Assembly (NCBI GenBank): GCA_032199065.1
Contig: JAVSCE010011590.1
Span: 236,551-300,550, forward strand
Direction: 5' to 3'
Length of the DNA: 64,000 bases
DNA from: Smutsia gigantea
Lineage: Eukaryota
Shown: piece after piece, positions 36,561-47,640 of the stretch
How positions within the stretch are numbered: the first letter of the stretch is position 1
Layout: each line of letters begins with the position of its first letter
The notes under the pieces: model-generated
Seen by the model: only the letters and a program-made list of their open reading frames with translations
Databases searched by the model: none
What the model was told of the DNA's origin: nothing
Position numbers and translations under genes: made by a program

Positions 36561-38465
36561 TGTTGTTTTTCTGTGAACAATACTGAGGTGAAATGCAAAC
36601 GTAACCAGGCTGGGTCCACCGAGGGCGGAGGTTGGGGGAAGTAAAGGGAGGGCGGTCAGGGCTAGGATCCTAAGTGACCGGGATTTCTTCCCAGTCCCGA
36701 GGTAGGTTCGGTGGTGAAACAGCGAAACCCAGCCCTGCGTCTTCAGAAGGAAGGAGTCTGAGGGAATCTGATCTCACCTTGGTCGCTGGGATGAGGACCA
36801 ATCTCCGCAGCTGCGGGGACCGGAGTCCAGGGCTGGATGGGCCGGGGGCGCGATACCGTTTTTTTAAATTGAATAATAGTTCACGTACAATGCTATATCA
36901 GTTTCAGGTGTGTAACACAGTGACCCAAACTCGCTGTTTGAGGCAGGACACCAATAGCCACCTCCTCTGCCAGGGCCAACACTCCTTCCTCATCTTGAGA
37001 CACCCCTAATTCTGGGCAATCACTTTTCACTGCAGTTCATTTACCTTCATGCGGAAGGAGTTGAGGGAAGCGGCATCGCTGCCCCTTCCCTGAGGAAGAG
37101 GTAGGGACAGGTCAAGGGCTGCTGGGGGCGGATACCCTGTCCTTTAATAAGACTGGTCCAGGCTGGATAGATAGGACAAGCTGGCTTAACCAGGGATAGA
37201 AACACGATTGTCTCTCTGCACTCAGGTGAGAAGGGTGGTGCTCATGTGGGGGGGGTGGGGGTGGGGCGGGAAGGTGGGCTGCTCCGCACAGCACCCTCCT
37301 CCAGCTTTGGGGAACTGTCCCCAGCTCCCCACTTGCCGGTTGGGTACCCGCGCCCACCCAGAGGCAGAGCAGTGTAGCTGCGTGCTGCACTCCCCAAAAT
37401 GGTTCAGTGGAGAGAGGCAGCCTGTGATTGCCTGGACAGAAGGGGCGATGATGACCAGCCTCTACACCCTCTCCCCCATCTCAGACATCTCGGACCACTC
37501 CTATGGCTTCCTCGCAGCAAGACAACGCGGCCAGCACCATGAGTCCCCATCTTGAAGAGAAGGAGCCGCCATACCCCAGGTCGGCATCTGCCCTCCCACC
37601 ACCTGAAAGGACAAGAACACTGGGCCACACTCTGAGTCCCATGCCGGCTCTACAGTCCTGGGACAGCTTCATTGCAGTGAGACTCCGGAGGCTCTGTGCA
37701 GCAATGCCACGGTGAGACCCACGACCCCCCAGTGAACACAGAAGGCTGGATAAAGCCTGCTGTTCTGGGCCATCAGCCACCCTCCATTAAGGCCCTGGGA
37801 CTGACCTCCCCCCATAGCACCTCCAAGTATGTTAGCTGCGGTCCTGGTCCCTGACTTAAGAGCATCCGTGCTGTCTTAGTCACACGAGAGCACAGCATCC
37901 ATCTCCACAGAGGAGCCCCACACCCAGCCGCACCCCCAGAAAGAGGATCTGGATAATTCGTGGGCCAGGCCTGACAAGGCCCAGGGCTGCCTCACCGGAG
38001 TCATGGTACTGGGTGATGCTCAGGGTTCCCCGAGTTAGGGGATCTAGGTGGGGGAGAGAACGTCACTCCGGAGGGGCTCTTGAAGGGTGGGGCTGAGGGT
38101 GACCCCGGTTCCTCACTCACCATCCTACTCTCCTAGACATGCTGTCTGCTCAAGAGCTGGGGCACCACCCTCTTCCTGCGGCCGCCTTCGATCACTGCTC
38201 AGGCGGGCATAGGTGTGGGCTCAGGGCTCTGCTGGGTAGCAGGGGTTCAGGGACCCTGGGAATGAGTTAAAGGGTCCCTATTCCCATCTCCACCCCAGGG
38301 CTCACATGGCTCATTACTCTGCTCTCAGCTTCAGTCCATACTATCCCCAGCCTGTCTATCTCAGCCATTTCCACCAACTGCCAAGGCAAGGCTGGTGAGT
38401 CTGCTGCAGTTCCATCATCTCTCAGGGTCCCTGGTTCCGTCAGATGCAGCCAAAACCACATCTTC

Positions 38466-38516
38466 CTCTCCTCTCCTCTCCTCTCCTCTCCTCTCCTCTC
38501 CTCTCCTCTCCTCTCA
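38466..38516 (+). repeat. (TCTCC)n pyrimidine microsatellite that forms the polypyrimidine tract of the 38518 acceptor.
   Basis: tcctctcctctcctctcctctcctctcctctcctctcctctcag. Confidence 0.85.
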
Positions 38517-38867
38517 GGTGGCAGGTACTTCTTTATCTTGCACAGCCTGGTTCCCGAACTTGGCGAATCCATCGGGATCATCTTCGCTTTTGCCAACACA
38601 GTAGCTGTGGCTATGCACACAGCAGGCTCTGCAGAGACCCTTTCGGATCTGCTCTGGGTAAGGCCCATCCCTCCTTTGGTTGAGTGCAGCCTGCAGTCAT
38701 TTTAAGAATCAGATGGAGGCATCAAATCAGAGAATGAAGTCTCTGTGACCCTCTACCTCTGCCTTCCAGGAACATGGGGTGCAGCTGCCAAACATGGATC
38801 CCAAAAATGAGTTTCGGGTGATGGGTGTGGTGACTATGACCATCCTTTTGGGCGCGGCACTGGCCGG

Positions 38868-38932
38868 TATGGAGTGTGCGTGTGTGTGCGTGTGCATGTG
38901 TGTGTGCACGCGTGTGTGTGTGTGTGTGCAGC
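38868..38932 (+). repeat. (GT/GC)n dinucleotide microsatellite directly at the 3' end of the 38770 exon.
   Basis: atggagtgtgcgtgtgtgtgcgtgtgcatgtgtgtgtgcacgcgtgtgtgtgtgtgtgtgcag. Confidence 0.85.
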
Positions 38933-41900
38933 TGGCACAGCAGATTCCCAGGGGCCGAGACCTGCACCTGGACAGTTTTGCTGGAGGAGACTCCACACAC
39001 CAATTCCTCAGGGGACAAGTAAGGAGGACTCATTCCGAGGCTCTGCTGGGGCAAGCACTAACAGGGCTCCCAGATAAGAAGTGCCCTGTCACCTGCTCCC
39101 AGATATTTACAGTCTTGAGATGTGCCCCTCTGGCATGGGAAGGGACACTGCAGTTTGAGGCAAGAAAGAAAAGGACACCATTTAGCCAGACTCTGGGGAA
39201 GAGGCTGGCGGGAAAGGGAACCAGAGGATGGGAGAGGAGAGGGAAGATGAGACAAGGAGAGGGAGGAGGTGAAGTAGTTACTCCTTCCTTTCCACTCATA
39301 TTTCTCCTGTTTGTTTGTTTTTATCTCCCATAGTATATAGGCCCAAATGATCTCCTTCTTCCTGATCCTCCTCTCTTTTATCAATTACCTTCTGGGGACA
39401 CTCCTCCCCACACACCCCAGCTGACAAGCCACTGGCTTCTTTGGGTACCAAGGTAAGTCAGTGGGAAGCTGGCTGAGAAGTGCATTAAGGGGCATGAATG
39501 CCTCAGAATGTCATTTTTCCTTGGAGCAGGGGACCTCATTAGCCCAACCCTCCTCAGAAAAGCCCCCTTCACTCTGATTCTATATGCCATCTGCGATCAT
39601 TAGGAGACCTCTAAGTCCCTGGGCTGGCTAGTTTACAAACTTCCCTTCTTCCCAGCTCAGCTAAGTTACTGACACTCAAGTGTGTAGAGGGGTAATGGTG
39701 TTGGCTGAATGAAGGGAAGCCAGGAGGTTCTACTCAAAACACCATCTTTTCTCTCTGCTCCTTTGTAGGAAGTATTTTCTTGGAAAATACAGTGCCACAG
39801 CGGCATGGTCCAGAAGGCAGCTTCTCGGGCATGTTTTCCATCGTCTTCTCCTCAGCCACTGGGATACTTCCCAGGACCACTATATCTGGCGACCTTAAGG
39901 TGAGAAGGATGTCCAGGCACAGAGCACACACTCTCTCCCCTCCTCTACCTTCACTAATAGTTCAAGTTTTGTTCCCAGGACCTTGCTACTGCTATCACCA
40001 AAGGAACCCTCCTCGCCATCATGTGGACCACACTTTCCTACCTGGGCATCTCTGTCACCAACGGTAAGGCCCTCCACTCCTGCCTACTGTGCACCGTGAC
40101 CTGGAACCTTTGATTTCTGCTTCTCTGAGGAGCTAGGGTATAGGTGATGAAATGAGCAAGTGGCATTCATCAATCACATTCAAAGTAGTTTACCCCCCCA
40201 CCACCAACATTTCTCCCCATCCCTCATTTCATTAATGAATTGTAGGGCATTCTTTGAGCATCCAATTTCATTACCCCCCAACCCACCATGCACACATACT
40301 TCCAATCTCCCCTTTAACATGAATGGTACCCAGATAGATCTACTGTGTTGGGATGGGGGTCTCTCCCCATGAAGGGGTGTGCATCTTTTATCTCATTTCC
40401 AGGTTCCTGTATGATTCGAGATGCTTCAGGAAATATCACTGACATGGGTGTGCAGAATGGGAGCTGCATGGGGCCAGAGCGTCAGTATGGCTGGGATTTC
40501 AGCAGTTGTCGAGAACAAAGGACCTGCCACTATGGGCTCTCTAATTACTACCAGGTGAGTGAACCAGAGAAGAGTAGGGAAATAAATCTTACCTAGCCCA
40601 TTGTCCAGCACAGAGAAGATGCTCAAAGGGAAGTAATGACTTAAGTGAATTCATGTGCGTGGGGTAAAACTCTCAAAAATGGAATAAAATATAATACACC
40701 ATGCAACTTCTGGGAAAGCAAGGTAAAAAGATGGGTGGAATGCCTTGCTTCTGGAATGCACTGATTTCTGCCTCTGCCTGCCATTCTCCACAGGCAATGA
40801 GCATAATACCTGCTTTCAGCCCCCTGACGTCTGCTGGAATCCTCAGTGCCACTCTGTCCTCTGCCCTTTCCTGCTTTGTTTCAGCCCCTAAAATCTTCCA
40901 GGTTAGTTGGTATCTTACCAAGAGGCTTTGGAGAGAAAGGAGAGAATGTACATAGACAGTGCCATCCCAAGGTATAATTTTTGGGGGAGGAGGAGCAAAA
41001 GAAGACCCAGTCTCAGCAACCAGGGCCTACATGGTGACTGAGGGAGATGGAGATGACTGTGGTTGGCTGGTGTTTAAGAGACAATCTAAGTTCATATAGC
41101 AACATTCAAAGTCTGCCCATAAATCAAGGCAAAGTCTGGGGAGGGATCACTCTTCCATCTGCCTCCTCTGTTTTTCCCACCTCACATTCTCAGGGATGTC
41201 ACTACACTCTATTCCATCTATCCATTCTTCCTTTTAAGACCCCTAAGCTCCCTCGGCTCTTCTCTCTGTACTCCTCACTCCCTCTCACTGCTCTGGAGGA
41301 GCAGGGGGCTGTCATTCTCCCTCCTCCTGGGACCCTCCCCAATGACAGCCATGCCTTTGTACAGCGGCTGTGCCAGGATAAGCCATACCTGGTCATCGGC
41401 TTTCTGGGGAAAGGCTATGGCCAGAAACATAAGCGTGTGCGAGGCTGTCTGTCCGCCTTCCTCATGGCTGCAGCTTCCTCCTTGCTGGCAAGCGCTCCTC
41501 CTCCACCCAGGCTCATTGACCGCCTTTCCCCTCATGCCCCCCACTCCCTACCTAAAGCATCTTTTCTCTCTAGTCCTGAAAGTGGGTGGAAACACCTGCT
41601 AACTTGGTGGCAGTGGTGGTGTTTGTGATGGTGGGGTGGGGAGTAGGGAACAGGGAGTGCAGGGACGGGGAAGCCCGAAGATGTCCTTAATCCCCTAGAC
41701 CTGGATCCCATGACCCAGTTTGGAGACTAACCCCTTGACCTTTCATCTCTCTCAAAGCTGATCTGAACACCATTGCCCCCAACATCTCCAACTTTTTACT
41801 CTGTTCCTATGCCCTCTTTCCACGCTCCCTTCGTCAGTTGCCTGGTTAGTATGGGCAGGTGTTGGGGTCAGGCCCAGGGCTGGGAGGACCTGGGAGAATC

Positions 41901-44900
41901 GGAGAAGCATCCTTGAGGTGCAAGGGTGGGTGGTACTGAGGCTGGGACAAGGGACGGGTTGCATTTGCTCTCCTCTGCAGGCTGGCACCCCTCCTTCCGC
42001 GGGTACAGTCCCTGGCTTTCCCTCCTGGGCTCTCTGCTCTGCCTGCGCATTCTGTTCCCCCTCACTTGGTGGGCAGTGCTCATCGCCATGTTGCTTAGCC
42101 TGCTGCCGCTGCCGTGTGCGTTCTACAAGAAGCCTGGTGAGTGACAGGGCAGGTAGCTACGGGAGTGAAGGAGTGAGACACAGCAAGAGGCTGACCCCCA
42201 CTAGAAGCCCAGAACTATCCCACCTCTAATGGTTCTGCACCACCCCTTCCTCTGCGCAAACATGAGCGGGGGCCCTGTGGTCCAGGCGGCCTTCTGTCAC
42301 ATGGCACTGTCCTACTCAGTGAACCCGACCAATGCGCAGGACCATATCAGGAACTTCCGGTAAGGGAGTCCCTACACAAGCGCTTGAAACCTGGTGGCAT
42401 CTGGACTGCAAATGGGTTTTGTTCAGATTACACAGCATTTAAAATTTCTAAATTAGTTGCCAACATTATGTATCTGGGGTCCTGGCGCTCCATCCACATG
42501 ACACACTTGGCTGGAGCCAACAGCGGCTGTCCGATGGGATACGGCAGGTACTCTCCAGTTTGTCACAGTTCCCACCTGGTTCACTTCATTCTTTGTTATT
42601 ATATGACTGGTTCTTGCAGGCTTTGAGTTTTCAATTCCTGCTCTAGACTAAAAGGAAGCCAGTTTCCTAAAGTCTGGCAGGGGCAGTGGAGGAGAAGGAA
42701 GGGAACAGAGTCCGAGCTGGGTAGAGATGGGTTCCCTGAGGAGGGGGTTCTCCATGGCAGGACAGATGCTACAGGATCTGGGTCCCAACCTCCCTCACTG
42801 GGTTGTGAGGTGGAGAGGCCTCTCTAACCCTCATGGTTTCTCCCTTAAAATCCTCTATAAAATCCCCCATTGGGTGGGGAAGAATTGCTTACTGCTTGAA
42901 CATTCCCCTACCTCTTTCTCCATAGGCCACAGTGCCTGGTTCTCACAGGTCCCCCCAGCCAGCATTCAGCCTTGGTGGATTTTGTGGGGGCCTTCACCAA
43001 GAACACGAGTTTCATGATCTGTGGGAATGTGGTCTCGGTAAGAGAAGTGGGAATGGGAGGGGACTGGGTTGGAGATTCTAGACTGGAGGGAAATAAAAGG
43101 AATGAGAAGATCCACAGGTCAGTGGGCTCAGGGAACCTGAAAAGTGTGAGGGTCAAGCAGGATGCTGAGGGACTGTCCCCAGCCTATATTTCTGCCTCCC
43201 CTTCTTAGGACCCCCAAGCTACTCAAGAGTCCAAGAATCACGTCAAGTGGCTCAATGTCCAGAAGGTTCATTCATTATACGGTCATATCTGTCCCCAGGC
43301 TACGTTCTGGGGCACAGAGCCTCATGCAGGTCAGCTGCCACACTGCATCCTTCTTGTCACCCTTTTGCCCAGCGTGTCATATCCCCTTCTTTCCTTACTG
43401 CCTCTCCTTTCAGGTGGCAGGTCTGGGCCACCTGAAGCCCAATCTGCTGGTCTTAGGATATAAGGAGAATTGGCAGGAGGTGCCAATACCAGCTGTGGAG
43501 GACTGTGTTGGCATTCTGCGGTAAGCGCTGGGAGGAAAGGTGAAGATGGGCTTAGAAATGGTGAGGAGCCAGAGGAAGAAGAAACACAATCATGGTGAAG
43601 CCCTTTTCTCTCCAGCTGCTCAGCAGCCCCTATATGCCCAGGAAGGGGAACATCCCTCTCGTCAGCTCTTGCTCCTAATCTCCTTTTTTCTTCCCCATAA
43701 AGAGATGCCTTTGACCACAACTATGGTGTCTGTCTCTTAAGGATGCCAGGGGGGTAAGCCTGGCTACCCAGCTTCAAACTCAAGGTGAGTCAAAAAGGAG
43801 TGGGCCTAAGAGGAGGATAAGGTGTGGGAGGTATAGAGACTGGCCGTCAAAGACAGTCAGGGAGCCAAGGGCGCTCGTTTAGTTACCAAGGCTTGAGGCT
43901 GAAGAGAATCAGGTCCTAGGATGTGAGAAAAATGAATTTCACTTGGAAGATCCTACCTATAGGCTTAGCTCTCCTGAAACCTTAGGGATGGGGGAAAGCT
44001 CTCAAGTTATCTTCTCAATTCAGGGGGCAGAAATGTGAATTAGGAGATACCAAGTGGGAGGGTGAGGGAGAGCTGGAGGGTGGTCAGGAAGGATATGGCC
44101 CAATCCCAGAGCAGGATGTCCGGCACTATTCCAGTCCTATACTACCACATCGAACTAGCTTACACTTGGGGGTCCTCACTGAATGGCTGGGCTCAAGGAA
44201 GGATGCAAAAGACAACTTCTTTTGCATTATACCTCCACATTTCCCAGTAAATCCAAGGGGTTTGGATACCATAGGTATGGATACTCAGCAGGGAGAGGAG
44301 ATGAATCCTAAAACAGGGTTTTAGAGAAAACAGTTTTGGGAAGTGGAAAGAGTAGTAGGCACCCAGTAAAATGGACAGAAAAGGGAATGTGGTTAGTCAA
44401 TGGAGAGAAAAGCCATATGGCACTTCTGTGGGATAGCAACAATTTTCTTCGGGGAGAGGGGAGGTATGATATTCAGTTGGGAGTAACTGCTCAGCTGGGT
44501 AAGGAATTTGTCTCATTCTTTCCCTTTTTCTTCTTGGGCAGTATCCTTACACTGGCAGCCTCGAACCTTGTTCTGCTCCAAGCAGGGCCGGTGGACAGTG
44601 GACGTGTACTGGCTCAGCAGTGATGGAGGTATTGGACTCCACGGCTCTCGAAAAAGCCCCAACTCCTCTCCAAGTTCCAGAGAACAAGAGTGGGAGGACA
44701 GGGATATAAAAACTAGGGAGGACTTCAGAACAAACTCTGCATTTACCAAGTACCCAATGCTCTCCTCCTACCTCAGAGGCCTTTGCTCTCTTCCCAGTCC
44801 CCAGGGATAGTGGGCAGGGAGGCTGCCTTCCTCGCCTCCCCTCCTCACAGGGCTGATGCTGCTGAGCCCCTTTCTACTGACGCACAAGAAAAACTGGGCT

Positions 44901-47410
44901 CAGTGTCCCGTAAGAGTTTTTGTGAGCAGTCCCCCTGAGTATCTGGAGGAGAAACACACCAGTGAGCAGGACATGAAAACCCAAGGTTATGCCTAAAGTG
45001 CAGAAGCCAGGAAGGGGAGGGGAGGGTGTTGGGCCACTTGCCCAGATGGAGGGATAGGAAAAGGTGCTGGGAAATGTAGGCAAATGTCCGGTTCCTCTCT
45101 CGTCTTGCCCTAGGATACGTGCCCTCCTCAGAAGGTTCAGGCTTGGCTCCCAGCATGTGACTCAACTACCTGACCTCACAGGCAAACCTCAGGACATGAG
45201 ATCAGGACCCAGCCCCTGCCCCAGGGCACTCCTGCTCTGCCTGCCCTCCTTCTTCACAGAATAGCAAGGAGCAAGTGTCAGACAAGCTATATTCTAACAA
45301 GCAGTGGGAGGAGGAAGTGAACCTTGAGGACTGTGGTGGGGAGTAAGCACAAGTAGCTATGGGCTCTACTTACATCAGAACGGGGTTATTCTTACCAGTT
45401 TGGAAAAATCAAGGATCTTAGGCAGCAAAACAGAGAAAAACTGTAAAGTGAGGAAGCTTTATTTTTCCTAAATTCCTAAGGCAGACATTTCAGGGAAAAG
45501 ATACTTCCTGCTCCTTGCTGAATCTAGAGTTTCTTTCTCTGCAGCCAAAAGGCTTTCAAAGACCTGGTGGCCTTACACCAGTTGCAAAAAGCACCACCAA
45601 AAGGGAGACTTGGAATCTACTTCTCTGAGCACTCCTGCTCCTTCAGGCTACATCTCTGAGTGGGATCTGCAGGCAAACCAAAAGCAGGTACATAGGAACA
45701 GGGCCAGCAAGTGGGGCAACTGTCTCAGAGTACAAGCTGATAATGGCACATACCCTGCCCTCTGCTCGGTCTTCCCAACCATGTAGTCGGAGTGGCACAT
45801 GTGTCTTCGTGAAGTCCTATGGCAATATTCCCAGGACGCTGCCCTCATAGTTATGTGAGTGTGGGAAAATGCCAAGCTGCAGGGCAAAGATCCCAGGGGT
45901 AGGGCTGGACCAAAGGCTAGATAAGCTGAGAAACAGGCCGCATTCCTCACGCTGCCTTCCTTAACAGGGGCCTGCCTATGATCCCTCGGTCAGCCTGCCC
46001 TGGGGCCCTGTGCATGGCCTGGCTGGAGATGCTGTCCAGGGGCCTGACACCCCCCATTGCCTTCATCCATGGGCATCAGCAGGACACACTGCCCCTGTAC
46101 CACCAGTGAGAGACTGAGGAGAGACTGAGCCCGGAGGAGAGGCCCACACCTCAGCGCTCAAGGAGCCATGATCTTGGCTCAGCAAACTTGGCGGGGCTGT
46201 CCTTGGGAGGCCTCAAGCAAGAGCCCAAAGCTTCCTAGGAAAGAACTTCCATTCTGAGCGACACCGAAGGGGTGACAGTGCTAAGGAAGATCCTCCATCT
46301 CACTCCATGACATTAATAAAAGCCTAATACCCAAGGCTAATGTGTAATAATATGCTTGGTTCCCATTTATAAAATCAACTCCCCACGCCTGCAGGGAAAG
46401 AGATCATTCCTGTTCTCAAGTATTTTCAAGGAGAGGAATTTATCTTCTATCTCCATCCCAAACTGTTTCACCCCTAAGTTTCTGATTTTGAAATTCGATG
46501 TTTTAGCACATGTTCGACCATTTATGGGTCTATACTTGGTAAATGAAAAAGTGTTTAGCACCACTTTCTACTTAATAACTCATCAGAAACTTACTCTTTT
46601 CCCAACCTCATATGATCTCAATTCTTTTTACCTTTCAGCTTATCTCCCCCATCAGCTTATTCATTCATTCAGCAAATACTAATTCAATGTCCACAATGCA
46701 CCAGATCCTATTCTAAGTACTGGGAAATGATATGGTGATGAATGTGACAGGCTAGTGATCCCCTCCTCTCACAGAGTTTATGTTCTAATAGGAGAAGATA
46801 ATAAACATAAAGAGAACTTTAAGATTAGAAGGTGATTAAGCACTACCAAGAGAAACGAAACAGGGGAGGGGGCTCGAAAGTGCTGAAGAAGTGCAATTTT
46901 AAGTAGGTTTGTCAATTTTAAGTAGACCTCACTGAAAAAGAAAAAATGTTGAGACAGACTTAGACATGGACTGAATTACATCTGAGGGAAGAGCTTCTCA
47001 GGCAGCGAGAGCAACAAGCATAAAGACCTTGAGGGGCCAGCACAAGCCCACCTTCAGTGTGTAAAGAAAACCCCAAAAGCCAAATTTGCTGGAGCAGAGT
47101 GAACAAGGTGGTAAATACCAAGAAATAAGGTCAAAGCAGTAAATAGGGAGGGGTGGGGCAGATCCTGGAGGGCCTTCCAAGGACTGGTTTTTACTCTAAT
47201 ATGGGAAAACACAGAGGATTTCGAGAAGAGTGACATAATCTGGCTTCTGTGTGAACACTGTTCACTCTGGCTGCTGTGTTGAGTATTGCAAGTGGGCAAT
47301 GATGGAGGCAGACAGACCGGCTATTGCAATCATCTTGGAGATGGATGATTCTGGCTCAGTCTAGGGTGGCAGCAGTGGAAGTGAGGAGAAATGGGATTCT
47401 AGATATATTC

Positions 47411-47640
47411 TTTTTTTTTTAGTTTATTTTGATATCATTAATCTACAGTTAAATGAGTAATATTATGATGATTACACTATCCCCTTCATCAGGTTCACCC
47501 CCCCCAACCCCATTACAGTCACTGTCCATCAGTGTAGTGAGATGCCATAGAGTCACTACTTGTCCTCTCTGGGTTGTACAGCCCTCCCCGTGCCCCCCAA
47601 ACATTACATCTGCTAATCGTAATGTCCCTTCTTCCCCCTT
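47411..47640 (-). mobile_element. 5'-truncated L1 (3' terminus only, about 230 bp), minus strand, with a 10-bp TSD agat[a/g]tattc (47401-47410 and 47641-47650). Its 3' terminus is the subfamily variant also carried by the young L1 at 56092.
   Basis: Poly-T follows the left TSD. The reverse complement of 47421-47640 matches 62100-62243 (...tgacctgatgaaggggtagtttaataaccataatattgcacatgtaggtgtagattaatgataccaaaataaa). Confidence 0.8.

Larger units (their letters stand above)
37208..46109 (+). pseudogene. SLC12A3 (NCC)-like cation-chloride cotransporter paralog with about 20 recognisable exons. Several disabling or unusual features suggest a pseudogene or a strongly divergent duplicate.
   Basis: Exon-by-exon colinearity with NCC/NKCC proteins (I aligned from memory of the human NCC sequence):
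- 37880-38005: SHESTAS...LTGVM vs NCC SHEMTDG...WVKGVM.
- 38137-38212: TCCLLKSWGTTLFLRPPSITAQAGI vs [25 protein letters not shown].
- 38299-38394: [31 protein letters not shown].
- 38518-38657: [46 protein letters not shown].
- 38770-38866: EHGVQLPNMDPKNEFRVMGVVTMTILLGAALAG.
- 39341-39452: AQMISFFLILLSFINYLLGTLLPTHPS*QATGFFGYQ.
- 39769-39899: [44 protein letters not shown].
- 39979-40063, 40403-40554 and 40794-40901: [36 protein letters not shown].
- 41365-41494, 41758-41844 and 41981-42136: GWHPSFRGYSPWLSLLGSLLCLRILFPLTWWAVLIAMLL...FYKKP.
- 42262-42359 (approximate) and 42926-43037: [37 protein letters not shown].
- 43209-43329, 43413-43520: VAGLGHLKPNLLVLGYKENWQEVPIPAVEDCVGILR.
- 43703-43753: DAFDHNYGVCLLRM.
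- about 44559-44628, 44851-44961 and 45114-45265: IRALLRRFRLGSQHVTQLPDL.
- about 45537-45640.
- 45968-46109: ...CMAWLEMLSRGLTPPIAFIHGHQQDTLPLYHQ*. Confidence 0.7.

Noticed and set aside
36880-36935. cagtttcaggtgtgtaacacagtgacccaaactcgc, which is reminiscent of a 5' segment seen in some Laurasiatherian repeats.
   Set aside because: It is too short and I cannot place it in a family from memory, so it is left unannotated.
38779-39333. A 184-aa plus-strand ORF (MQLPNMDPKNEF...CVCVCMCVC...).
   Set aside because: It starts in a genuine SLC12A3-like exon but then reads through the donor into the (GT)n microsatellite and intron. Only the first 30 or so residues are coding.
43755-43757. In-frame TAA in the SLC12A3-like exon reading DAFDHNYGVCLLRMPGG*.
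   Set aside because: A strong donor (GG then GTAAGC) lies immediately before it, at 43753/43754, and corresponds to a plausible NCC exon boundary. The TAA is therefore probably intronic, and I do not count it as a lesion.
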